Below the pieces are notes generated by a model. It did not search any database. It saw only the letters and a list, made by a program, of their open reading frames with translations, and was not told the origin of the DNA. Of a DNA stretch of 64,000 bases, positions 22,349-35,900 are shown piece by piece. The first letter of the stretch is position 1. Every line of letters starts with the position of its first letter. Source of the DNA: Catajapyx aquilonaris (lineage: Eukaryota); contig JYFJ02001724.1 of the NCBI GenBank assembly GCA_000934665.2, positions 1 to 64,000 on the forward strand, written 5' to 3'. A program made the position numbers and the translations under genes.

Positions 22349-25300
22349 CTGAAAACAAAATCAAATTCAGTTCTGATGCAAAAAGGAATTACTTGACATG
22401 CATGCCTTATTCATTAAAACAGCACCTTAATCCTGCAACTGTATTAGAGTACGTTGCTAAACTCACTTGTCAGCACTGAGTTTAGCAACATACTGTTAGA
22501 CTGGGCTCAAAAAAAAAATCTCACTAATACTACCACCACCACCAACAACAACAACGCACCATGCAGGATTGTAGCCATATACACAAAAAATAGCAAAATG
22601 AAGAGCCACCACGTTCCGTGAGGCTCATTTTCCTAGTCCACTGATGTACTCGTTGTATATAATCACCTTTTTTGTTATTACCTACAGTATTACCAGCTAT
22701 TAGCGTTCTGATCATGTCGGACACATACAAAAAATATTGCAATCAATTTCCAGTAAAACTTGGGTAATTATGATCATATGACAGATAAAATTAGCATACA
22801 AAACCCATACAAGAACAGGTGCAAATGATCGTGCATCAATGAAAGTACTATTTGTGGTCCATGAATCTGATTATTTGAAATGTCAGCAGCAACAGTGAAG
22901 GTCTCCATGGTGAGTAACTTAAATGGACACAAAAATAGTGAAACTAATGAAACATTAATGCAATTTTGTAGCTCTCCAGGCCCCAGGCTACATATTCAGG
23001 GGGCTCTGCACACTTCCTTTGCAATGCAGTTTTTCATTAATCTTGCAGCATGCTTGGGACTAGCCAATCTTGGAGATCAGTATTGATGCTACTCCAGGCA
23101 AGTCGAGTAGCATGAGCCTGAGTTGCATCAAGTTTCACTGGATCATTTCCAACTCGGCAAGTTTCTCCAAAGCTTTGCAATGGCTTTCTGGGAATCAACA
23201 TCGAGTTGTACATTTATTCACTCAAGCCTGTCCTTATTCCACCTGTAGGTTGAGACCCATAATACAGAGATCACCTTCTTTCTCATTCCAAGTCTGCAAC
23301 TTCCCCACAGGTTTATTACAAAAATGGGTGTGTTGGTGGATTTGCTGGATGACGAATTTCTATAACTCATGATTATTATGTGCTTCTTGGACGCACCCCA
23401 TGGAGATGTTGGCTTAAGTTCAAGGTGTGCAAATGTTCAACACTTCATACATTTTGGTGTAATGAGATGTCATTCTACATGCATCATCTAGAGTGTGTGG
23501 AATGAAAGAGCAATCTTACGACTTTGTTCACACACAATTTGGCCTACTACATGTATTAAACGAAATCCCACCTACATAATGATTGAAGTATAAAAAAGAA
23601 AATTTAGCCCACTTTCCAGTTTATTTATACACCACACTCGATTATTCCAGTCTTGTCTGACAATCGAGAACAAAGTTGATGTCCAGATTTGTGAATATTC
23701 AGGGACTTTGGTGTTGCCTTTGACTAAACCAGAATGAATGGCTTTTCAAATCCAGTTCAAAGTGGGTTGCGCTATACCTGTAGTGGACACTACTCGTTCA
23801 AGACCACTATTAGAGAGACCCCTGAATCTGAGTGAAAAGAGGCTGTCTTGACATCCTCTGGTCAATTGAGGCAGCAGTCTCTCTTGCCCACATCCACTCC
23901 TAACTAATGGCTAACTGTCTGACCCTGGTTTGTGAGGTTATCGTCCTGACCCATTCATGGTCACCACCATTCCCCAAGGCATGTCACTACCAGCCAACAA
24001 GTGGTGGTACAAGAGTATGGCAGGAGAAAATGGGCCTCTCTAACCTTCTTAAATTGGATGTTTCTGGCCAAGACTACCTGCAACATTACTTCACACAGCC
24101 AATCTTTTGAAGCCATGTTTCGCCACAACACAAATGGCTTGAAAATTACGCACCCATCCCCTCATGTGTTGTGCCACACATTTATCATCGCTCACATGCT
24201 GCCACGTACTTATTTTCATGCGCCACTAATGCAAATGTTGCTATTTACATCCAATTAACAGACACAAACCTGTAATGACTATTAATAATTCACGGATGAT
24301 GAATGCAGCAAATGATCCACATTACATTGTGGAACGGTATTATGTTTAGTTTATAATACATACGTGTAGACTAGTGTTGACTAATCGCGATATGACGACT
24401 AATTGATAAAATCAGCAGTGTAGTATACACGGGCAACACTTTTTAAAACTCCGCTAATATGGATTTTATCAAATCAAAATTGGGGTAACCGAACCATAAC
24501 ACAGCATGTTTCCTGCAAATTCGTATTCCACACACAATTTTTAATACGCCATTCGGCCATTGATATTCCCACCCTGCTTCCTGCAATCGTTACTCGCGCT
24601 GTATTTGTCCTTCATATTCATTCACTATGGCTCGGCAACACCACAAATCTTCCTGGTAATTCACCAGCCATTCCCTACCGCAACACTCACATTTTCTCGA
24701 TCCCGGCTTCCCGGTATAAATGACGACCGGTCCACCCCCCACCCTTGTTCAGCAACACCCAAAAATCTCTACAAATCGCAACAAAAAGACGCCCGAGATT
24801 GATAGTCCTCTCCCGACGCCCGGCTTTAGGAAAACGTCTTGGTGGTCGCCTGGACCTGAAAGCTTCCCCTGGATGTCAACTTTTTGCAATTGTGACGGGA
24901 AAGCCAATTGGGTCGCGTGGTGATCGCCGTCACAGCCTCTGCCCTAATGGACTCAAAAAAGTCCTGCGGTTTTCATGTGCCAGGTTCCAGCTGCCCGGCA
25001 CAATCACCGCGAACACTGCCAGCATCCCGTACCATCCGGAACATTATCCCTTCCAAACTGGATATTAAAATCGTGGCTCACCGTATGCATCATTTGGGTA
25101 ACAGAACACCCTGTACACCTAACCTAATAACCAGAATTCAGTAAATGTTAACACACATTTCCGGTACAACTCCCTTGCTTACATATGATAAGATCAGGAT
25201 TTACACACTACACAGAATAAACGAGGAAAAAATCACTCCACCGTATAGCATGTACGAAAAAGTAGGGTATTCCATGTTGCACGAACTCCTTCAGAAAAAA

Positions 25301-26762
25301 ATAAAAGCTACCGACATTCAAAATCACGATCGTGCTCAATCAGACCATCAACGTAGTTTGCGCCTTTTTCTATGGCTATGACAGCTCCTTGAAAGCCTCT
25401 CTCCCCGATACACTCTGGTCGTGGGAGAAATAGCGAGCGGACGAGCCTGAAGTACCGCAAAAACCAAGCTGTCTCATATCCCAGGAAAGTGCACTTATTT
25501 CCACCATAGCGCGGCCTTGCTCCAGAAAAAGCATCCTCAAAGACACCATAAAAAATGGCGGAGGCACTTTTGACGCCCTAATTAAACGCAAGCTATGTCC
25601 GTCCTTCGATACATTTATGGCTAATTTAAGCCCATTTCCCAAACCACAATTCGTCCCTGGTTAAGTTCATCAGCCTCTCCCTACCCCAGTTTTACTGCAA
25701 AAATTGCACGAAACCAGCTGGTAGCCAGGGCTTGCACGTAATTAACCACTCAGACCAACATACTTTTCCGACCCCCCCATGCCATAAAAATGTCCGACAC
25801 TCTGACACGTGACGTCATTATCACACGGATGGGTTCGAAATGAAACTTTTCTACTGGATCCTCTCAAAATTAAACACTCGCCAAACAACAAGACAGGCCT
25901 CGTTGGGTTTTAAATGCGACCAAATTGTCTCAACGCCCTTGGGTTTCTGTCGTAGCAAAAAAGAACAAGGAGGGAAATTACATATACGTGTGAAAGCTAG
26001 GCGACATTATTAAGCTAGAGGCGAGAATCTGCATCCCAATATTCCTCAAAGTATTTTTTTGCTATTCTTGGGGAGAATTCTCTCGCTCCCTTCTTTTCAG
26101 GGGAATAACACCTCGGATTTTAATTTCCGTCCCGGCTCATCTCGTTTGCCATCTCAGCCAAAAGATTTTCCTAAGAAGTAATTTCCAAGCAGCATAGAGG
26201 GCCGGGGCCCCTTTATCGCGGGGTCCCAACTGGATTTGTTTGCTCGCTAACTTCGGGTCAACTTGCCTCCTCCTGAATGACTCGGTGGTCATACTAAATC
26301 GTTTGCGATTATCTCGCACTCTTATCCGATTGCATTATTTTTCAAGCGGATATCCTCCCAGCTAAAATCAATTGCTGCATATGGACGAATGACGTCACGA
26401 TGCAGGTTCCACTATCGAATCGATGTCACCCCTCCCTCACAAGACAATGGACATGGCGATGCATAATTGCTTTCCGGAGAGTTACACGGGGGCTATTTTT
26501 GTGCTAGCCATCCTATACGTATAATGGCTGATAGTTGCCGTAGTCACTGCCCATCACACTACCAAACTCGTGTCAGTATGTCGTCCATGTGTGCTTACTA
26601 TACTACTCGGAACCCATAAATTTAAGTCTATATAGCGACTACAATGAGCATCACAGCCTCGAGCAACTAATGCATTAAAATAGTGGAAATAATGACAAAA
26701 TGCAAAGCTTGATGGAGGTGCAAGCTAAGTCTACCACCACCACCCCATCCAGTCATGCTTAC

Positions 26763-26919
26763 ACTCAATGAACACGGCACCTGAGCCATCACCGTCTTCG
26801 TCGTCCGGTCCAAATCCGGATCCGCTGGACTCCAGGTCATCTTTCACCTCTCGGTGCCCTCCTGATCCTTCTAAGTCATCGTCTATGTAGATTTCCTCCT
26901 TGTTCCACGACGTGCCCGA
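26763..26919 (-). CDS. Sdc: Syndecan heparan-sulfate attachment exon
   Basis: Acceptor ttttgtcatttcag|TCG; SGTSWNKEEIYIDDDLEGSGG...DDLESSGSGFGPDDEDGDGSG, Ser-Gly GAG sites in acidic context; donor T|gtaagc. Confidence 0.92.
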
Positions 26920-29900
26920 CTGAAATGACAAAAGGCTCAAATTATATTAACTATACTACATGCAAACATGTGGTGTCACATGAATCATGTAATTTACTAT
27001 CCCAGTCGCTGAAAAAGCCACCTTATAGGAGATTAAAGGTCACCATCCCATACAGGCATGGTAGTTCATACTCGATCGTATACATTTTTCTTCCTCCTTA
27101 AATTATGAGCTTTCATTAGCGGCTGGTTTATCGTGGTCGCCACACGTCATCTTTCTAATTAATGTTTCCATGAGTAATGATAGGAAGCGGTGGTTGAACG
27201 AACGGATGTACCATTAACACAGTGGCCCTGGACGAACGATTTATATCAGTGTCGCACAAGACAAGTTGTCGCCATTACAGTTGCAGACAGCGAGACGACC
27301 TACGCGAACCCATATCTTCCTCTTCGTGCCTCGGTTTACAATCGACATCCTGACAAACCCAGGCCTTCCGACCAATACACACCCCCACAATGGATCTCTG
27401 ATATCCTATCTGCACCAATCAACCATCGCGGAGGTGATATCCACACAATGACTTTAATGTCGCTTAAAAACAGATTGCAGGAGCGACACACCTGATGCCA
27501 TGACGCCCCCGCAATAAAATGCATACCCCAGAGACTCCATATACTATGTGTAACTGATATTAATAGTTCTTGTGGTGAACACAGGACGAGATGTCCTATA
27601 GGTTTTGCGCTCTACCTGCCTTTGCCCCAAGGGGGACAAAAAGTTTTGACCCATCGTTCTTAATATCCTCCAGATACAAACACGGAAAGCTTTTCACACG
27701 AACAGTCTATCTTCTGAGAAGATACTATCGATCCAGGTTACTGCCCCTTATCGAACCACTTGCGGATGGCCATGCCGATTTTTATGGCCCCTCCCCCCTG
27801 AAAGACAGAACTGAGAGGGACGAGGAAAAATAAAGACAACCACTCTGTTCTGCAGACGAAAATGGGAAGGAGGAGAAGAAAACCTTCTCATATTAGGACC
27901 CCTCCCTTAGGATCCATCCATCCAAATAGTGTCAAAAATCTGATAAATAACGGGGTTTGATGGTGGGGGTAAGTTTAGGAAGCCGAATAAAGGATACTTT
28001 GAGTTTTTTCCCCCCGATTTCAATTACGAAATGGATATATAAGAAGTCTTACTATAGCAGGAAGCCTTGGCCCCAGGAACTCCTCGAAATGCAAATTGAG
28101 GACAAGTGGCACCATTAGAAGTCATTGTGGTGAAAAGGGTGGGGGTTTTGAGCTACTTGGAAACGCACAAATGCGCACTTCTCTCGTCTGCCTTTCAGAC
28201 AAACACTTCGACACTTTTGCCCGCATATCGAGCGACCCAGTGCTTCCATAAACATAGCAGAGGGTATACGGCATCCCTTCGGCCGCAGTTTTAATTAAAT
28301 TAACGACAGGGGTAAACACGCACGGAATTCCTTCTGCGTAAACACTCCCACTAATTAACATGAGGTAAATGCGGCAGGATCCCAAAACCTGCGTCTCATT
28401 CATTGTGTAATACGTCACAATAATTTAGCGCCCTCGCATGCATATTGTAACGTACTCCATGTGTGCATGACACCATAAAAAATACATGCAGCCTCGTAAG
28501 TTTACCATTATGCAAAATCCCGCCGTTAGTAATGCAGTGAAATCCCGTATAAAGCAGACCATGTATAGATAGCGGAAACTTGGCCAATTCCGCGGAAATA
28601 AATAGATTCTGCTATTATATGCACTGTACAGAAACGATGGAGCTCTAAAAAAAACCGTCTCCAGAAACATAACAGTGGCGGGCACTCATGGGATTCCCAA
28701 TAACGACCAATAATATTTCCTCCCTCCTGCAGGTATCTCCCCACAAAAGCAAATCAAGTGCTCCGTGATTCAATCTCTTCCTCCTTCAGGACTCGTCTTT
28801 CCAAGAACATTTCCTGTATATGGCCACTAGCGCTACACCTCCACTTCTCGCCAGTTCGGAGGGAAAAAAAAGCCCTGCATTGACTCATTTATAATTTCAA
28901 AAATATAATTTTAGGAAATCACTGCTCGTCACCATATGTGACCCTGAACAATTTTTAAAAATATATATGAAATCCGCGTATCACGGAGCTAATAATGAGT
29001 AGAAAATGGGAATTCCCAAGCATCCGCGAGACGGAATTTAACACGAGGTGGGTTATGGGCAGGAGGGCTTCCATTTGCGGGGGGTGAAGCCTCCGGATCT
29101 TCCGGAAAACAGAGTGCGCCCAACTTCCGATTAAGCGTCTCTCGATTGGCCTATTGCGAACCCTTTAGACTTCCGTCAGTCCGGATCACGAGAGGATAAT
29201 CCCCGCTGCATCGCTTCCTCTCTCTCTCTTTTTTTTTTTTTTTGTATAAACCACTCGTTTCTCGACCTAGTTTACTGCAGATCGATATCGGGCCATTTAA
29301 ATGGTGAGCTCCGCTGCTAATTTGAGTAATGTGCTGTACATGCAAGTACTACTGTTTTACTGCTTCGGCCGCATCAGTCGCACTGATTGAAGATACGCTT
29401 CGTTGGTTCCTCCGTGCGAGTTTTATGGGCAACAAATTTACCATTAAAACTCAACTACCTTTGCCCAATAACAACTGTGGATGATGACTTGGGGTCTGTG
29501 AAAAGGCCCCCATCGTTACTCCCTGCCCCCAATTTACTTTTTGAAAATGTGCCGACGCGTTTAAATGACGGAAATGCCTAACATCAGGAGCTGATACTGC
29601 TGTTCACTCACCGACATTCAACCGCAATTTCTAGAAACGACGGACCCATTCAGGATTTTTTCTAACCTCGATGCAGTGTGAGATACGCCTCCTAATGGGT
29701 AACAACTTGCTATTCATTTTAAACGACACATAAATATAATATTAATTACCAGCAAACCTTGTAAATGTAACTAACAGTAAGTCATGAATTTGTGTTACTG
29801 CATGCTTCTGAGTACTTGACCCACGCACACGTTACTCGAATCATGAGTTAGAAAAAATCTCTCTCCGAAACACTGAATTTCACTTGCGAGTGCGACCACC

Positions 29901-32900
29901 AGCAAGCAGACCTGCATCAAGATCGAACTATGAATTTCCGGAATGCATTACAATGTTAAAATCTGTGCTCTATGCAGACGAGGTCGTTTTTATGCGTCGG
30001 AATAAGTTAGTACCGCACCCTTCAGTTCAAATTTCTTAGCCAATACAAAGCATCGCCTCAATTATCAGCCTGTACTGCGGTACTTCCTCACACGGAGGCA
30101 CTGCGCATTATGGCACTTTAAGTTAGCCATCTAATTATCCGAGAAGCACCAAAACCCATGTGACTGATAGTTACACTCAAGTCAAAAGCCTTACGGAGAG
30201 GAACAAATTCACTTCGGAGAAACGTCGCAAATTACGCGGTCTGGTAACGCCTCTTTGAGACTGGCACTTTGGAGCCCCCGCTCCACTGATGTATCCGTCC
30301 TTTTGTGCGTATTCCGTGCTCATTTACATAAGTAATCCAATCTGATAGTGGCGCCCAACAAAATCATGTCGCCCCGTGATTTTCACTCTTCCTGCATTGC
30401 TCCCAGAGCCAGTGTTTCCCTCCGTTCATTAGCAAAGAGCAGGAAAATAAAGTTCCGCCGGTGCGCAAATAAGACGCATGCAGCCGATCTCTAACTTTTC
30501 CTCCCTGCGGCATTCCACTTTGTTCCACAGTGCGAGCGCCATAATTTCATAAAGAAATTCCTAAATAGCTAAAAGTTTACAGCAGCACAAGCTCTTGGGG
30601 GGAAAGGAAAAAAAAAAGAGTGAAATATATATGCGAAAAATTATTTTCAAGAAACTGATCTATATAGTGTGCGACTAGTTAATTGCTCTTTTCAATGGAC
30701 CATGTATACGGGTGTTGAGTTTATGCAGCCCCGTGCAAGGAGACACCTCGGGCAGCATGGCAGGATCCCAAAATACAGCGGTTCGACAACGTTGATGCGC
30801 ACCCAAGAACCGGTGGGAACCCCGCAGGAATTATTCATGCAAGTTTTCACGCCTCCTGTTGTCCAACATTTAATTAGTGCACCTCCCCTGATTGATGCCT
30901 GCAGCAATTAGCGCGATATGGGCGCTCGCCGATATTAAAGCATGCATATCTCGACCAGATAAGGCTCCAGGGTTGGGAAGATGCCAGATGAAGTCTCAGA
31001 AATGAGCGCATAGGGTTTTCTTGCCAGGAAAGGCAATGAAGTGAGATCTATTCCATTTGTCCCGACAATGTCAATTGCGAAAAAGGGGCGCAGTGACCCT
31101 CCCAGAGGTCCCTGACTCACCCGGGCCTACATGGCCACATCGTAAAACATGAAAACGCCAGAGCAAAGTTTGGTTCGCAAATTTGCATGCTAAATAGTGG
31201 TGGCGCTTGAAAAAGTAAACCCACAAGTGCGACATGATTTCCCTTTTCCCCCACAAGTTTGGCGGCATAATTAACACCCATTCTGATCTACGTGGCGAAT
31301 TATCCTCAAGAGCCTCCCCATTTGGCTTGTAAATACTAGCGCGCAGAAACTCGATGAGGAAATCTCCCAAGTTGGATTCCTGTGGCGAATAACGTCAATC
31401 AGGGCGGGCAAACATACACGAATTATCGCGCGGCATTGGTTCCACCCACACCAGATTCTTAATTACACTAATCTGGTTTCGGGGCTCATTTGATTGCAGA
31501 TTCCGTCTCCTGACCTCGCCGTCTGACACCCTCCCTGCCCTCCCTCCCTTGGATTTTCCTGCGCAAAGTCCACTGCTTCTCAGGGCCTTACACCCCCCTC
31601 GATAATTGCATTCGCAGCTGCTGGGTCGTCCACATTCGCATCTGCTTGGCATTTTCGGTCAACACTCAACCTCCAGTCACGCCCGTTTCAAGAGAATCCA
31701 CTCACAGTGCAGTGTACCACCTTTCTATTTATTTAATAAAAAGGAATAGGGCAGTGCAGCACATCTCCAGTCGTGTTGTAGGTATGACACACCCGGTACG
31801 ACCCGAATAGACATATCGGTTTTCAGACGTCCCAGTCCTCATAACAACTGCTACGGTGTCAGTTGTGACAGTCCAATTTATGCTTACAAAAGGTGTCGCG
31901 CAGGCAGACAAACGAGCTAATGCAGGCAGGTAGCCTTAATGCAATTAAGCCCACGAACAGCTATATAGAGAGCACTGCGTTAACGTCGTATCTCGGTTTG
32001 CCAGCCGGCTCTCGACGTACACTGATCTATTCCAGCTGCCAACGTAACCTAAGCCAGCTTCTCACTCCTGAAGGCCACCACGAATTGATTTTACAAGCGA
32101 TCCAAGCGGATGTGGTCACCAAGACTGAGGTCGACGGTCAAGAACCCATCAGATTGTGTTTAAAGTAATTACAGCAGGGTTCAGTTCAACCAAACAGGAC
32201 AAACACACTGGACCGACCAACCCATGCAAAAGCCTCTGTGGGACACTGTCCAGAATATTTAACCGCAGTTGCGCTCCACTGGACCCTAAACAGCAATTGA
32301 TTCGTGCCCTTATATAGTATGTACTGTACAATATATTTGGATAATTCCGCTGCGGGTGGCATGAATTTTGAGCAATACTGATACAACTGATTCATGGCAG
32401 GGAAAACCTATCGGCCAATAAATCCGAGTTCCTTTGTGAAGAAAAAAAACTGGACACATTCAGTCGAGACTGGAAAAAGTTGCGTAAAAACGGTGTGAAT
32501 ATAATTATATCCTCTCATCTCCTATTACTAGACCTGCAGTACGTAATAGATCACCGTTCATTCGTTCGATTTCACTTGAAAATGAGCACGCATGCATGGT
32601 GTACTCACATTGACATGTTCGGAATAGGCAGAAATGATAGCCCCACGATTACGCTTTTAAATGCTGGCCCAACCACAGTTATCAGCACCACTGAAACGCG
32701 AAAAACAGTATTCTCTCTGGGACCATCAATAAATTACTGTACATGTGGTGCTATTTTGCCCCATTTTTATACACCGCGTCCGCATCCATTGCATTTTAAA
32801 ACCGGCAAACGGTTTTGCAACTATGTCTGGAGCAGGCTTTCATCAACGTACGTCGATGGAAGCCATCCTTCAACAGACCCACGTTCAACTGTGGCGTACA

Positions 32901-35900
32901 GTAATCTACGCACAATATATTATAAAAATAACTTAATTACAGGTTATAATTTTTACGCCTCGTTTGGAGGAAAACAATTCGTGACCTTAACATCGGCTGT
33001 CTTATGTAAGTTTTTATGGCTGGGGAGAGGAACACGGGGTGTGGGTGTCTGCCACAAATCCCAAAACTGTACTCTATGCGACCAGGACGTGACTCAGTTT
33101 CATTACCCCGCAAAAGCGACCTCAGTAACAGGTCAATTTGTGACACCGCACCGGACCATCCATCAACCCCGCAAGTGGCGTGACTGAAATCCGAGCGCGC
33201 CCAGAGCAAAACCGTCGCAATCTTCCGCAAACACACGCCCAGGTATATATACCCCCTCCAAATGCGGACAATATCAGAAGAAACTCTACCCGAGCAATCT
33301 TGACATCTACCACCTGGCTCACGATGCGGGCCTATACATCTGACGGCATACTGCACCTCTAGAGGCCTTCAGCTGTCAATTACTACGAGCTTCGCGACAG
33401 CGGCAAACCGTCGGATGATCACTTTTTGTCGCCTTGGCAACTAAACCCACCAATGACGATGCTTCTACACACTGTAAGTGGAAAGCAGACAAAAAAAGGA
33501 GGAACCCGATATGTGGAAAATCTGACACCTGCAGCTGACCGGACGTGGGCTGATTTCTAGGCGACTATCAGCTGACCTCAAGGTTGGGCTGCCGATCAGA
33601 CGCAGGGTCAGCATGCTTGTGAATCATTCAAGATCTAAGGAAATCCTTTTACGGGTTTAGGGTGGGAAAAATCAAGATCGTGTTGTATAATTTCAAGAGT
33701 TATAATGAGCGACGTCTCGCTCCTGCGGCAATTAGAGCATCGAAAATAATGAGAACAACTGGGCCATACTTCGTTTCACATCGTTATTTGGATGCTGATG
33801 AAAGGGATCGAGTTTTATACCTCATCAAGTTGGCCGGATCACAAGATTGCGAAATTGCAGGTCATGTCGTCAGTTCGCAGTATATTTGGAGGGGACAAAG
33901 AACAGCTCTATCTTCTCAAGCTATTTAAATGGTCTTCACCTTAGCACTTGTAGCAAGATATGAAACAAATTTGACAACTTTTGCTCAAGGTAACCGTGAA
34001 GGGTCGAACATTCCAACATTTCATCTGGAATTTATATGGGGGGTTCACCCCGGTGAATGGGGCATACAAAAACTCGAAATCAGTCCATCATGCTAATGTT
34101 GCACCAACCATGTAATTTTTTGTGATAAAACAGGTGTTCCATAAATGCACCACCACGTACATCACACATCGTGTGAAGTAAAGCGGAAGATTTTATCTTG
34201 CTCGGAACTTTCCCCGTGATATTTCCCGGGAAATAACGATTCCGTAAAAGCCGCAAGCTTGTCACATTCGCACCATTACTTGATTCTTGACGGATTTAAG
34301 GATTACAGTTGGCTTCAATCCAGAGACATTAAAACCCAACCATATAACAGCGTGAAAAATGCAATTCAGTTTCTCATGATACCGATGGCCAAAGATCCAT
34401 GTGGAAACATCATCCACTTCTAGCTCATACAGTAAAATATGACGTAAAATACCCTGCTGGATGCAGTGGAAATTTATCCATAAAAATTAGTGATTTGGGG
34501 AAATGACTGCCAGTGTGCTGTATATCTGTAGCATACTGTATAACGAAAACCTGTTCAGTACGGAAAATTCAGGAGGAACGAGTGATTCCGCCATATTACC
34601 AGCCCACATAGGTTTCTTATACAATTGCGAAATAAATACTTCAAATAGAGTCCTATATTTTATCAATGTGCGTATAGGCATGATTCCACATCAGTTCATT
34701 CACAACATTCCGTTTATACCATTGATGCTGATCTTGACTGTGACGATGTTGACACACATAAAAAGGTCTGAAAACATTTTTATTGCTCTTTGAACCTGCC
34801 AGCTGATAGAAGATAATATACCAGCGATAGACACAACCACTTTTTCTAACAAGTAGCTAACGACATTTTTAAACTTTTAACGCCAGCTGGCACGTCAAAA
34901 GGCTAAAATCATGGTGGTCCCCATAAATATGAAGACCTTTAAACCGGTCGCCAAAATGCAAAAAACTATCCGGCACTGGCTAAGTTTAGATCGCAATAAT
35001 AAGCACTATTTGCACAATGTCCATTCCGTCCTTATTTGTGTATATCACCAGCCAAATTGCAAACAACATATATTTCTCTATCGCAATACAATCCCGATTC
35101 ACATGTCTTTCGCAGTCCTCCACGACACGTACTATACCGTATGACACCATTTGAGGCAACCGAATGGCAATCTCTTCTCAGTTGAATGCACTTTGCGATG
35201 CACTTCATACACGAGCTACACTGTGCGTGATGAATGCCTCCAATTGTGGGGCTAATCGATGCATGAGTCAGTTGCGAATTATCAATCAATTAGCAAAACC
35301 GGATGAAACGTCCCGATGCTGTCTCGCAACATGCGTTATTGCACCGGTCACCGACACCCATCGATTAGCCTATGTAGTCTTGTGTCACAGAGTTACTCTG
35401 CAGAAGCAACACCCCTGGTCCAAGGTCGGATCTTCACACTTTCACATGTGACACGTGTGTCCTTTGGATATCCTTGGGCATGTGGACGGGGGAGGGGGGC
35501 ACCACCTACATACTCCCGTCATTCCCACCCCAATTTACTTCACGCATCCATTCTTGAAATGGCATTCATATAATTATGTTCGGTGTCACTAACGTGATGT
35601 TTTCGTTCAGCTGTAAATCACAATCCTATAAACATGGCTTATTAGCTCATTTGCGTCCCCAACAAAACACGCCCATTGTCCCGTTATCAGCCAGCCACGA
35701 ATTTTCATATTTCCCAACCGCCATATTTATTCCAAAATAAATCGCTTTATTTACCCGCTGCTTCGCATTTTGCCGTTATTTCACTCTTTTGGTCAAAATG
35801 TATCACTACAATCATTCATGGAACCAAAATTACTGGATATCTACTTCTTCATCATGCCAGTCGGTTAAGAGTTCATACAATTGAAAATTGCCACATTTAA

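Noticed and set aside
22880..24260. CpG-poor segment that might be a decayed retroelement
   Set aside because: No RT, RNase H or integrase motif could be read with confidence; needs a translated search.
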